A DNA stretch of 63,805 bases, the filler included, from Craspedostauros australis (lineage: Eukaryota), in NCBI GenBank assembly GCA_030167865.1. It is 21 parts of 21 records of this genome, joined end to end, with 100 filler letters (N's around TTAATTAATTAA, not from the genome) between each part and the next. Parts side by side here need not be neighbours in the genome. Positions count along the whole stretch, not along the records: positions 46,964 to 52,473 come from JALAGF010002844.1; positions 52,574 to 54,011 come from JALAGF010002845.1; positions 54,112 to 55,342 come from JALAGF010002847.1; positions 55,443 to 56,619 come from JALAGF010002850.1; positions 56,720 to 58,340 come from JALAGF010002851.1; positions 58,441 to 59,821 come from JALAGF010002852.1; positions 59,922 to 61,511 come from JALAGF010002853.1; 14 more parts are not named here. One strand, written 5' to 3'. Each line of letters starts with the position of its first letter. The stretch's first letter is position 1. Under the pieces are notes generated by a model. That model was not told the DNA's origin and did no database searches. It saw nothing but the letters and a program-made list of their open reading frames with translations. Positions 46,964 through 60,216 of this stretch are shown piece by piece. A program made the translations under genes and the position numbers.

Positions 46964-49900
46964 AGACTACTGCATCACCAATGGAACATGACATCTGGAG
47001 AGCAGAAGGACACCTACTGACGTTGACAGGATGTCATCATGTCACCATGTCGACATCTGTCTCCAAGTCAGAGCAGGAGGCGAAGATCCGATGACCGAAG
47101 GGCATCAGCATCATGGATACAGAAGGTGAACTTCAAATGGCGAGTACTCATGGAGTAGGAGCCAGTACTGAATGAACGAAGTGTCGAATGCGGAGTACGC
47201 ATCGAACACGGAGTATCGTGTAGCATGAGCACACGATGTTGAGAGAGAGAATACAGAGAGGAGCGAGAGAGCATCTCGCGTACCGACTCATAGTCGGAGC
47301 CCGAATCTACGAAACAGATTGAAGCGCCAAGAGCATCGGGCAAGAGAACTGGTGTACACCGAGAGGATCGGAGTAGCCAACTAATGAAATAGCAAACAAC
47401 CGACTATCAACCAACACCATCTTCCACAATCGTAGGTTACCATGAGCGGAACTTGCCAACACGTTTATAAACGATAGATCAGGGCGAGCCCGCGGATCGG
47501 ATCGTGCGAGGAAGACGAACATCATTCAGGAGCAGCAGATTGAATGAGCGAGGAAGAGGAATTGAAAGATATCCCTCTGTCCCAACTAGCTATCAAGCAA
47601 GAAGAAGGTGCGAGTGAGACTCTACTTCAAGAACAGAAGGAAGTAGCAGCGGCTACTGTCCTATCAGGCAAAGACGCAAGCGCAATCGGCGAGACCGAAG
47701 AGGAACGGTCTGCAAGACTACACCGTAAGGAGAAGAGGATTCTCAAGGCGGTCAAGCAAGAGGAGACTGGTGTGACGAAGAGCATTCGCACAGCCAAACA
47801 GGGTGGGAAAAGTGAGACACCACCAGGAGGAGAATTTGTGAGCAAATCAATCCTCGCGAAACAACAAGCGAAAATCGAAAAAGTGACAACACAGAAACAG
47901 ACAGAAATCAAAGGCGCGAGCGCACCAACAACGAAACAACGAATCAACATGGCGACATCAGCCAACATGAACAAGCAACGCATCAAGGCGCTGATGTTCA
48001 GCGGTGAACAAGAGGATTATAGCGCATGGGAGTCCCAAGCAAAGGCATACGCTCATACACAGAAGACGAGAGACGTGATGTTGGGCAAGACGAAGATCCC
48101 AACAGTGAGTGAGATCGTGGCAGCCGCCGGCGATGCCAAGGAAGCGATGGAGGAAATCTACGAGCTGGGATGCGACTGCTTCAGCGATCTGATCCTCATG
48201 ATGGATGCAGAGAAAGGAAAGGGCAAGCAGGCCATCCAATACATCAATCAGTGCATCTCCGACGATTACCCTGAGGGGAATCCACACACGGCATGGAACG
48301 TTCTCGCGGAGAAGTTCTGGCCATCCGACGCGGCGACGAAGATCAAACTCAAGCGTCAATTCAACAACGAAAGGATGAAGAAAGACTCGGACCCCGACAT
48401 CTACATCACATGACTCGAGGGTCTACGATCGCGTCTCCACGATGTCAAGTACACGATCACAGACGAGGAGATGATCATGCAAATCCTCAGCACGGTGAGC
48501 AGCGAATACAGAACTCACATCGTGAACTTCCAACACCAACTCACGTTCAATCCGGAACTGGTTACCATCAACGCGATCAGAGGAGTGCTCCGTACTGCAT
48601 ACGCCACCCACAGAGGAGGCAAGGCATACGTCGACGACTTCCAAGACAGTAACACGAAGAGCAACGACACCGGCTTCACGAGTACCGGTAACTTCAAGGG
48701 TACTTGTCACAACTGTGGCGTGTATGGTCACAGATCCGCCGATTGCCCAGAACGTAAGAAATCGAACAACAAGAAAAACAACAACAACAACAACAAGATG
48801 AACGGAAAGCACAACAACAACCGCAACAAAGGAAGCGGCTTCAACAGGAAGTGCAACTACTGTGGCATCTTCGGACACCGCGAGGCGGAGTGCCAAAAGA
48901 AGAAGTTCAACGAGAACAAGAAGGCCAACGAACAAGCCAACACGGCAACGGAAGGACACAACAAGAGCGGGCACGAGATGGTACTCTCAGCAAAGGACAT
49001 GCCGCTCTGCATGTTGGTGTCCGACAACTACATTGAAGACTCCTTCTTCGATAACTTCGAATGCGTCGGGAGTGACGACGAAGTACAGGACGATGAGATC
49101 GTCCCGGAGTGGCTCAGCGAAGAGCCAATCATCCACGAGGTGGATCCAAGACGCGAAGTAAGCTACGAATGCTGCTTCAACGCGAACGACCTGATTGGTC
49201 CATATGGCGACGGAGCCGAGATGGGCAACGAGGCCAACGATAGCAACATCGAAGAGGCCATGAGTGAAGAGGCCGACGATGAGATCAACGAGAATGATAG
49301 AGGCCAAGATGAAACGAACGGCGGTGCGGCGCCTCCTCCTCCAGCGGCAGGGAACAACAGATCGGGCATCTTCGACGAAGATGATAGCGATGAAACCGAA
49401 AATCATCCGGACGACAGCTTCAATCCAAACGAGCGTGTCGTCTACCCAGCGAACATCGAGTTCCCGCCGATCGGGAATCCCAACGACTTGAACTACCTCC
49501 ACCGTCATGACACCATTCCGTATGGAACGGAAACAGCATTGGTAATCCAGAAGCAGCTCATCTTCGATGCCGTAATGGAAGCAGGAGTGAAACTATTCCC
49601 AGGCGTCGCACAAGGAGTGCTCAGACCGATATGGGTGAACATGATGGGATCCATTCTGTCCAAGAACTTCAGATCAATCGAAGAGATTCTCGTCAATTCG
49701 GTCGTCATCAATCGCATACTGGAAGCGGCTGACACAGAGACGATTCCAGAAACGGATCTGCATTACATCCTTGGAGGATGCATGTGTGTGCTCTTGCGCG
49801 AACGACCACGCGTCAACCCATATGATCCAGCCACAGGATTGCATCGAAACAGTACGATTCCATCCGACTACGCGCAACTACCCGACAACATGGATGACGA

Positions 49901-52473
49901 GGACCACCATCATCCATACAACGAAGACGGAGTCCACGAAGACGATGATGATGGCAGCTTCGACGACGAGATAGCTGCGGCAGCTGTGGAGCAGCTCCAC
50001 GAACTGAGCACCAGATACAAGGGCAAGGTCAACAAGGACACCTGGCTCACCAACAGTGGAGCTTCGTGTCACATCGTCAACTCGGACGCCGCTCTCTTCA
50101 ACGTGCGGCACATCAAGTCTTTCGTCCAAGTGGGAGACAGCACGAAGCTGGACTCTCCCAAGATGGGATCCATTCGCTTGAAGGTCAAGCAGCGAGACAA
50201 CACTGGCCACATCATCCGGCTTGATGATGTGAAGTACACACCAACAATGGCGGTGAACCTTTTCTCAACAAACAAGACTCTGTACAATGGTTACCAGCTT
50301 GGTAACAACGGCATTTTGATGGACATCATCAACGGATCCGGAACGAAGATTGTGTTTGATCGAGTCTTCCCCACATCCAACGGATTCATCACAGGAGTGC
50401 AGATGCATCCCATCATGCCATCAAACGACGACAAGGCTTCCACAGCCATCATCAAGAATCCATCCAAGGAGATCAGCGCGGTGAACTTGCACCGAATGCT
50501 CGGCCACGCGCCACTCGAGACCATGAAGCGGACGGCCGCTCAGTACGGATGGAAGATCATCGGCGAGATGCCGGTATGTCGCGACTGCGCGGTCGCGAAC
50601 GCAAGAGTGAAGAACATCCCGAAGGCAACGATTCCAAGAGCAACTCGCCGCGGCGAACGACTCTTCATTGACATTAGTTACACTAAACACATAAGCTTCA
50701 GAGATAAACGCTACTGGACCCTGATTGTGGACGACTGCACAGATCACTGCTGGAGTTTCTTTCTCAAGAACAAGAGTGACCAACCAGGGTACATCAAACG
50801 ATTCGTTCAGACGATCAAGTCACAGACTGGTGATCAACAAATCATCTTCCGAGGAGACAACAGCGGAGAGAACAAATCTACGCAGGATACTCTCATCGAT
50901 GCAGGACTCAATGTGAAATTCGAATTCACGGCATCAAACACGCCGCAACAGAACGGTAGAGTAGAACACAAGTTTGCGTACCTCTACACCAAGATCCGCT
51001 CCATGCTCAACGGAGCACAACTCGACGAAGAGTATAGGCATGGCCTATGGGCAGCAGCTGCTAGCACTGCCACCGCCATTGCCAACATCACCGTAGCGAA
51101 GAACCAGAAGGAGTCACCACATCGACAATTCTTCGGCAACGATCCACCATATGCGGATGCACTCCGNACNTTNGGAGAGGTGGGTGTTGTGAAGACTACC
51201 TACGGCGGGATCACCGCCAAACTCAAGAATAGAGGAGAAGAGATGGTGTTCATCGGATATGCACACCAACACGCATCAGGGGTCGACAACATGTACAGAC
51301 CATCGACCAAGTCACTCATCTGTTCACGGGACATCAAGTGGCTCAACCAATCATACGGACAGTTCCGTGGCTGGGCACCAGCACCAAACATATCCAGCGA
51401 AATGGGAACGACAGACGCAGACGGCTTCACAACCATCGGATAGAAGGGAGCAATGCCAAGGATGGCAATGCGTCAAACATCAGAAGCGAAGAGAGTATCT
51501 TTCGCCGACACGAACAAGTATCACATCATATCAGATAGCGACGATGAGGATGACGAAGACAATGGAGCAGTGACTCAAGTAATCCATAACAACAACGAAG
51601 ATGGGAGCGAATCCAATCAGGAGGATGACGAAATCCAACCATCCGGTGATGAAGCCGACGATGACACAGGCGTCACTCCTCCAAACACACCAGCAAGGTC
51701 TACACATGACACACCATCCAGACCTCCACCAACCAAACCAAGCAAGCGTGACATAGCTAGAAAGGAGAGAATCCGACGTCATGAAGCACGAGGCAGGAAG
51801 GGAGAAACCAATCCCAAACCGACTGCAGGGAAGAGCATTCCTAGAGCTCTGCGTGAGCTCGCAGACTTCAACGAACGAGGTCGAAAGGAGGAAGGCTATG
51901 AGCAAGTCATCATCCAATGACGACAGTGACGAACTCAGCGATGAGATAACCGACGAATCCAACAATGAGACTACAGATGACGAAGAAATTGTAGACGGAG
52001 AAGAAGAGATCGAAATCACTCATCATAGCACAACAGGACTCTACGGGATGAATGCAATCATCACCGAAGCACCAGCAATCGACATTGGACTGTTGATGCA
52101 GGACGAGAACAAGGAACCAGAGAAGCACATTGAACCAACGACATTCGATGGAGCCTTCAACCACCCAGATCCCATCCATCGAAAGGGATATCGAGCAGCC
52201 ATCAAGAAGGAGTTCGACTCCATGGATACACGAAAAGTGTACAGCAAGATCAAACGAGACGCCATCCCACGCGGCCGCAGATGCTGCAAATGCAAATGGG
52301 TCTTCAAGTTGAAGCGTGACGGCACACATCGAGCNCGGCTCGTTGCATGTGGCTATTCACAAGTCGCAGGAGTAGACTTCCAAGAGCATTACTCACCCGT
52401 CATTCATGACGTGACCTATCGGGTCATGATGGTGATCATGCTGATCAAGAAGATGGACTGCGCACTCGTCGAT
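46964..52473 (+). mobile_element. Ty1/copia element: 5' LTR family R (to 47461), gag with two zinc knuckles, PR, IN and start of RT; inactivated
   Basis: CHNCGVYGHRSADC, CNYCGIFGHREAEC, WLTNSGAS, LHRMLGH..CRDC, LFIDI..IVDD..RGDNSGEN..QQNGRVE, KWVFKLK..LVACGYSQ; stops at 48411 and 51441, frameshift near 51900. Confidence 0.95.
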
Positions 52474-52573
52474 NNNNNNNNNNNNNNNNNNNNNNNNNNN
52501 NNNNNNNNNNNNNNNNNTTAATTAATTAANNNNNNNNNNNNNNNNNNNNNNNNNNNNNNNNNNNNNNNNNNNN

Positions 52574-54011
52574 ACCCAGGCATGTCCACGATGGTGGCAG
52601 CCACCACAGAGAAGCTCCAAGCCATGGCAAGAAAGCACAGAAGCTACATTTGGCAGCCGTGCCAACTTCGACTGGACAGGGACTTCCAATTGGACATGCT
52701 GGACGGCCACTATGGAACGACCACTCTTGGGCAGTTCTTGGCAACACAAGTCACTCCAGAAGGCAACCCATACATCCACGACGTTCACACAACGCACATG
52801 TTGGATGGAGACAAGGATGCCATCCACATAGTGGCTTNCNAAGACCGTTTCGACCAAGCACGGGCCATCATCAACTTGATCACAGTTGTGTGCAGCACAG
52901 AAACAAACTTGCTCACAGACGAGTGGTTCTCCAACAACATCATTGACATGAGCAGAGGATCCACCAAGGAAGAAGGCAGGGACAGCTATATGGACAAGGA
53001 AGTTGAAGGGTTCCTAGACTTCATCATGGATGAGGACATGGGCGTGGTGGTCCTTGAGGGGATGTAAGGCGTGGAAGACGATATGGTGGCAACAAAACAG
53101 GAATGCGAGGGCGGTCCTCCAGACCGGCCGAAAAAGAAGAAGCTGGATGATGAGAGCTTCTGCACGTTCATCACAGAATGCGGGAAGTCACTTACGTCTA
53201 CAGTATACAGTGTGGCAACTTCAACAGAGGGCATGAATGGTGAGGGAACAGAGACAGAGCATGCAATCTGGGAGGTGCACGAACGCCAAGAAGCAGAATG
53301 CAACAAGAAAACAGTGGAGGAGCAACAACAACAACAACAACAACTTATCAAGCATGAACGTATCATCAAGGAGCTCCAAGCACAGCACGCCAAAGCTGCG
53401 CCCAAGGACTCCAACCCTCCTGCCTCAAGCATGGGCGGGGGGCAAGGCTCTGAATAGCGCAAGGCTGGGGGTAGGCAAAGCACCAATAACCGCCCCTGCA
53501 AGCCCAACATATGCACAAGTGGAGGTAGTGGGTCGGGAANAGTGCCACCTCCAAAGCCCTTGCTGCNGCAACAACCCACATGACAAAGGGAGCCACACAA
53601 CATGGCTTGGCGCCCTGAACATTGGATGTCTCCCTGTNGAAGCTGGACACTGGAAGAACAGAGATTTATGGCAACGGATCAAAACGCAAAAAAATGGACA
53701 TATCTCTGCTCTCTGAGCTTGGGCTGAACTGGGCAAAAGTTCTGTGCCAGTACTCCTGGCAAATGTGGACAAAAGGCCATTTCAGCTCTAGCCGCCATGC
53801 AAAGGCGCACAGCACACATGAAACCGTCAGGCCAATACGTCAGTGTGTGTGAGGGGGACTACACCGACATCATGCATGGCTAGCCCTGCACACCACCATC
53901 TCCAGGACGTTGGAGTACCCTCTGGCAAGCTCCACGTTCACCAAGGAAGAGGCAGAGCACATCATGAGGCCAATGCTTCAAGTGGCACTGCCTGCAGCTG
54001 AGATACAATGC
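52574..54011 (+). mobile_element. decayed Ambal-like LINE: ORF1 end, APE endonuclease start and an RT C-terminal piece (internal deletion)
   Basis: LGALNIGCLP..DISLLSELGLNW (APE-like), then TISRTLEYPLASSTFTKEEAEHIMRP, homologous to KKLEYVLPVAQLSREQCNRIMKP of the RT at 62721-63805. Confidence 0.65.
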
Positions 54012-54111
54012 NNNNNNNNNNNNNNNNNNNNNNNNNNNNNNNNNNNNNNNNNNNNTTAATTAATTAANNNNNNNNNNNNNNNNNNNNNNNNNNNNNNNNN
54101 NNNNNNNNNNN

Positions 54112-55342
54112 TCGTTTGATCTTGCTGTACACTTTGCGTGTGTCCATGGAGTCGAACTCCTTCTTGATGGCTGCTCGATATCCCTTTCGATGGATGGGAT
54201 CTGGATGATTGAAGGCTCCATCGAATGTTGTAGGTTCGATGTGCTTCTCTGGTTCCTTGTTCTCGTCCTGCATCGACAGTCCGATATCGATCGCTGGTGC
54301 GTCGTTGATAATTGCGTTCATCCCATATAGTCCTGTTGTGCTATGATGAGTGATCTCGATCTCTTCATCTTCGTCTATGATTTCTTCGTCATCTGTACTT
54401 TCGTTGTTGGACTCGTCGGTTATCTCATCGCTCAGTTCGTCACTATCGTCATTGGATGATGACTTGCTCTCATAGCCTTCTTCCTTTCGACCTCGTTCGT
54501 TGAAGTCTGCGAGTTCGCGTAGAGCTCTGGGAATGCTCTTCCCTGTAGTTGGCTTGGGATTAGATTCTCCCTTCCTGCCTCGTGCTTCGTGACGTCGGAT
54601 CCTCTCCTTTCTAGTTATGTCACGTTTACTTGGCTTGCTCGGTGGAGGTCCGGATGGTGTATCATGTGTAGACCTCGCTGGTGTGTTCGGAGGAGTGACG
54701 CCTGTGTCATCATCGGCTTCGTCGCCGGATGGTGTGATCTCGTCATCCTCATGATTGGATTCGCTCCGATCTTCCTCGTCGTCATGGATTGATTGAGTTA
54801 CTACTCCATTGTCCTCATTATCCTCATCGTCGCTGTCTGATAGGATATAGTACATGCTGCTGTCAGCAAAAGATACTCTCTTTGCTTTCGATGCTTGACG
54901 CGTTGCCGTCCTTGGCATTGCTCCCTTCCGTCCGATGGTTGTGAAGCCGTCTGCGTCCGTCATTCCTCTTTCGTTGGATACGTTCGGTGCTGGCGCCCAG
55001 CCACGAAACTGTCCGTATGATTGGTTGAGCCACTTGATGTCGCGTGAGCAGATGAGTGACTTGGTCGATGGTCTGTACATGTTGTAGACCCCTGATGCNN
55101 NNNNNNNNNNNNNNNNNNNNNNNNNNNNNNNNNNNNNNNNNNNNNNNNNNNNNNNNNNNNNNNNNNNNTAGGTAGTCTTCACAACACCCACCTCTCCGAA
55201 AGTGCGGAGTGCATCCGCATATGGTGGATCGTTGCCGAAGAATTGTCGATGTGGTGATTCCTTTTGATTCTTCGCTACGGTGATGTTGGCGATGGCAGTG
55301 GCAGTGCTAGCAGCTGCTGCCCACAGGCCATGCCTATACTCT
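54112..55342 (-). mobile_element. second copy of the IN C-terminal/RT N-terminal region of the 46964-52473 copia
   Basis: Near-identical translation to 51030-52256, without that copy's stop and frameshift. Confidence 0.93.
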
Positions 55343-55442
55343 NNNNNNNNNNNNNNNNNNNNNNNNNNNNNNNNNNNNNNNNNNNNTTAATTAATTAANN
55401 NNNNNNNNNNNNNNNNNNNNNNNNNNNNNNNNNNNNNNNNNN

Positions 55443-56619
55443 TGGATGAAGATGGACAAGAGCCAACGCCAAGCATTCCTCCAAGCAAAGGGGAAGTGGG
55501 ATCCCAACCGTGCCAAAGGCGGCCGCAATCGCTCTGTCAACAAGACAGACAAGACTGCTCTCAAGGCCGGATCTGAGTCGGCAGCTGGAAGCGGAGATGC
55601 TGCGGCCAACGACACTGCGCCACNCGCACCTCCAGGCGACGCCATCAGCCGCATGCTCGCCAACGCCAAGACGACCGGATCATCTGACGTGCCTGTCCTG
55701 TCCTACAAGGGGCAAACCTGGCGTCTCGCCAACCAAGCCGTGATTCGCTACGAATTTCACAAGGCATCCAAGGAACTGCACGGATCTCTCGTCGACAGTG
55801 GAGCCAATGGTGGTCTCGCTGGGGATGATGTCGTGGTGCTGTGCAAGACTGGACACACCGCTGATGTCAACGGCATCGGAGATTTGGCCATCGGCAACCT
55901 CGACATTGGTTCTGTTGCTGGACTCGTCCAGACCACTGACGGACCAATCATCGCCGTATTCCATCAATACGCGCTGTACGGGAAGCACAAGACAATTCAT
56001 TCCGCCAATCAGCTCGCCTCCTTCGGTGTGGATGTCAATGAACGTCCCCGTGATCTGCCTGGTGGCCGACAGACCATCGTGACCCCTGGAGGTCATGTGA
56101 TTCCATTGTCAATCCGCCAAGGCTTGTCGTACATGGACATGCGTCCTCCGACTCGTGCCCAACTCGATCAGCTCCCTCACGTCGACTTCACAGCCGATGA
56201 TGAATGGGATCCTTCCTCACTTGACCATGAGCTTGATGTCACCGACATCGCTCCACAAGATCCAGAACCTCCATCGGATGACCGCAGCCATGCCATCGAT
56301 GTCTTCGTTGTCGACCAACACCCATCTGCGGACGACTCTATCGTCCCGACAGGCGGCATCCAACAACGCCCCTCGCCTATCGACTACGAGGCACTCCGTC
56401 CGCACTTCGGGTGGATCCCTTCTCGTCGTGTGCGAGACACTCTTCGCTGCACATCGCAGTGGTACCGCACCGCAGAGAGGTTCTCAATGCGGAAGCACTT
56501 CAAGACCCGCTTTCCGGCAGCCAACGTCGATCGCCTGCATGAGGTGGTGGCCATGGACACCCTGTTCTCGGACACCCCTGCGCATGACGATGGAGTGCCT
56601 GGACATGGCGGGTGCACCA
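55443..56619 (+). mobile_element. Ty1/copia CoDi-type gag end, protease and integrase start
   Basis: SLVDSGANGG protease; MRKHFKTRFPAANVDRLHEVVAMDTLFSD. Confidence 0.88.
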
Positions 56620-56719
56620 NNNNNNNNNNNNNNNNNNNNNNNNNNNNNNNNNNNNNNNNNNNNTTAATTAATTAANNNNNNNNNNNNNNNNNNNNNNNNN
56701 NNNNNNNNNNNNNNNNNNN

Positions 56720-57500
56720 TATATGTCGAGATGTACGTGTATATGTGCATCGTTCACCCGCTATTCTCTCATACGCACTTGGACGGTACAACTACATTCG
56801 TGTATATAGTATGCTGTGATTCGTCACAATTAAAGTGGAAATGGAACACGGAAATGAGCAGAATTTCTGGAGGAAATTTGCAATCGACAATTTCTGAGAG
56901 AATTAGAAACATCGTCCGTCCATCCATCAATGGAGACGTATGGTACCAAGAGAATCTCGAGGTACNTCCCAACTAAACNTCAGATGACNATATCATCTGA
57001 CAGACTGCTGCATCACCAATGGAACGTGACATCTGGAGAGCAGAAGGACGCCTACTGACGTCAACAGGATGTCATCGTGTCACCACGTCGACATCTGTCT
57101 CCAGGTCAGAGAAGAGTTGAAGATCCGATGACCGAACGACATCGAGATCATGGATATGAGAGGTGAAGTTCAAATGGTAAGTACTCATGGAGTAGGAGCC
57201 AGTAGTGAACGAACGAAGTATCGAATGCGGAGTGCGCATCGAACACGGAGTATCGCGTAGCACGAGCACACGATATTGAGAGAGAGAGAATACAGAGAGG
57301 AGCGAGAGAGTATCTCGCATACCGACTCATAGTCGGAGACCGAATCTACGCAACAGATTGAAGCACTGAGAGCATCGGGAAAGAGAACGGGCGTACACCG
57401 AGAGGATCGGAGTAGCCAAGTAATGAAATAGCAAACGAACGACTATCAACCAACACCATCTTCCACGATCGTAGACTTCCAATCACGGAACTTGCCAACA
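56720..57500 (+). repeat. LTR family R inserted into the gag of an oppositely oriented copia
   Basis: Homologous to 46964-47461; ends CTTGCCAACA at 57500. Confidence 0.85.
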
Positions 57501-58340
57501 CTTCGATGCCGGTGAACTTGAGCCCGATGAGCTTCACATCCATCTCATAGTCCCTTGCGAGGGCATTGAGAACGAGCATGTGGTACTGCATCATGTTCAA
57601 GTCGATCCCGGCGTGGGAGAGGCGTCTGCGAAACACTTCCATCTCGGTGAGGAACGTGTCCGGGTGTTCTCCCTTCTTCATGCGCATCCTGTTGAGCTGC
57701 GCCAACAACTTTGCCTTCATAGGCGCAGTGCGCTGCTCGTAGATACGCTCAAGAGCCTTCCATGCCTTACGTGGGTCTCCTCCCTCGTAAGCGCTGCTCT
57801 TGCATCCCAACACAGCCATGAAGGCAACATTGCCTTTGGTGGTCTCATGGCTGATAGCCATGGTCAGTGCTTCAAACGTGTACTTCGCCAACGCCTTCTT
57901 GTACTCAGCCTCCTCTTTGAGAGTCATGTCACTCGGCTTCTTGTCTTTGGCCTCCTTCTTCTTGCCTTCCACGAGGAGGGCAGCAGAGGAGGGGACAAAC
58001 GGTTCTTCCTTCACAATCACGTCACCCATGTCCTTGAGATACAAGTCCCCGTAGCCCTTGCGGTTGGCGCNGGCCAGGAACTTCGCACTCCAAGCTTTCC
58101 AGCTGGACCGCTTGCTGTCGAACATGATCATGTAACAATCAGTCTTACCTAGGAAGGATGTCATGGTGATGATGGTGATAGGATGTTTGTTGCTGTGCTG
58201 ATGATGGTAGAAACGTAGGATTTCAATCGTAACGTTTCGAAACGTGTTGGAAATCTGGGGTTATTGTTAGTACTGTAATCTAATCCGCTGTTAGAAACTG
58301 TACCGTTTTAGAACTGTGAGCACAATCTCACTTTCTCTTC
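57501..58340 (-). mobile_element. copia 5' LTR end (58340-58245) and truncated gag (58164-57501)
   Basis: WKAWSAKFLA..GDPRKAWKALERIYE..HPDTFLTEME, homologous to the gag at 47950-48500. Confidence 0.85.
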
Positions 58341-58441
58341 NNNNNNNNNNNNNNNNNNNNNNNNNNNNNNNNNNNNNNNNNNNNTTAATTAATTAANNNN
58401 NNNNNNNNNNNNNNNNNNNNNNNNNNNNNNNNNNNNNNNNC

Positions 58442-59821
58442 ATTGGGTCAGAGGCATGCAATTCCACTGGACGCCGAGTTGTGCAGAAGGCACCATCATT
58501 TCGCTTCCGCAGCCATATCGACATCGGGGCGAATGCGTGCATTGGCAGCAATGCCTGCAAGGATGCCCATTCCACCGTGAGTCGTTTTCCTGGTGGCAAG
58601 ATTGCAGGAAGCCTGACCATCGGTGATGGCGGCTGTGCTGATGAAGGCTCATGCGAGAAGCTTGGCTTGAATGACAGGATGAGAACAGATATCATCGTCC
58701 CTCCTGGCGGTTGCGGCGGTGTTCAGAGCTGCTGGGCATGCATGACGAAGACAGAGTGCAACTTTGATGAGGTATATCTCATCAGTGATGCAGAGGAAGC
58801 TTGTCCCAAGGGAGGCAGGGACACAAACTTCCTTCCAACAGGTGACAAGGTGGAGGAGTATTGCGTTGCCAAGGACACCTTGCCAACAGAGTGTCCGACG
58901 TTCTTTCCCACCCCATTTCCTACCGTGTCGGTTGAACCCACATCTGTCCCCACATCGGCTCCGACATCAGCTCCCACATCGGCATCCTTGACTGTTGGAT
59001 GTCTCTCAATACCAGGTAATGGCACATCAACGTTCAATCTCATCACTGGTGATGTATTGTGCGATGGTGCAACAGGCACATGCACGGGCTTCGCCTCCAT
59101 GGTTAATGCTCTGACTGATGAGGGGAAGAGCAAGATGATCAAGAGCATCTTTGGATGCAATGATGAAGACCCTCCACAGCCCGTGACGTTGGAGGTGGCG
59201 CAGGAACGCTTTGATAAGATCAAGAATGACGAAAGTGTGACCAAGGCATTGCTGGAGACAGTGGCAACCCTGAAACTATTCACTGGAAGTGGGACTGTGG
59301 TGACGAATGCGTGCAATGGCAGATGCTGCACTGATCAGTTCAGTTGCTTCACTGATCCTATCGATGAGGGTGTCATCACGGTGAGCTCAGGGTCATGTAT
59401 CGGGCGTTCCGCTTGCGCCTTCGCACGTCGCGAAGTCATCATACTTGACAGTTGCAGAGGAGGAACTTCTTGCTTTCGGTTGGGCAATTTCTTCGAAGAT
59501 CAGCCAGCTGCTGGTGCCCAAGTCGGTTTCAGGGTGATCGGGCCAAGAGCTTGCCTCGCGGGCGCGAGTTGCAACGGTATTGGACTTAACACCTTTGGCG
59601 ATATACGAATAGAAGAAGGAGCATGTGATACAAGGGATGCATGTACTGCCATTGCACATCGCACCAACCAAGGGTCTACAACCACGACACCAGTTGTGGC
59701 CAGTGTCTCCATCGGAAAGAATGCGTGCCAAGGGGAATCCGCTTGCGCCAGGACACATACTCGTGGGAGGGCTCAAGATATCAAATTTGCAGGAAGCATG
59801 ACCATCGAAGCTGGTGCCTGC
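58442..59821 (+). CDS. Cys-rich repeat protein with PTS linker (probable extracellular/cell-surface), internal fragment
   Basis: Repeats IGANACIGSNAC, SGSCIGRSAC, DSCRGGTSC, GPRACLAGASC, GKNACQGESAC; PTSVPTSAPTSAPTS; both ends in gaps. Confidence 0.75.
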
Positions 59822-60216
59822 NNNNNNNNNNNNNNNNNNNNNNNNNNNNNNNNNNNNNNNNNNNNTTAATTAATTAANNNNNNNNNNNNNNNNNNNNNNN
59901 NNNNNNNNNNNNNNNNNNNNNCTCAAGTGCGCAGACCGCTGTGTCCAACGACACTGAGCCCAAAGGCTCCAAGCCTCTCAGGACCAACGACCCTGACTAG
60001 CAATCGATGAAGTTAGCCCGAAGGCAACTCATCAAACCAAGCCCTTGCTAAGCAAGCGCATCCACCAACACCTGCAAACCAGGTGTACGTCTCAATAGCA
60101 CTCCTGCCAACGCCCCGTGCACACCTTCACCATCGAAGGGGGAAGCGCAGCCAAGCCCGAGACAACCGTCGACACCAAGCGAAGCCCAACGACTTCGACA
60201 CCTCCACCGCCTCACC

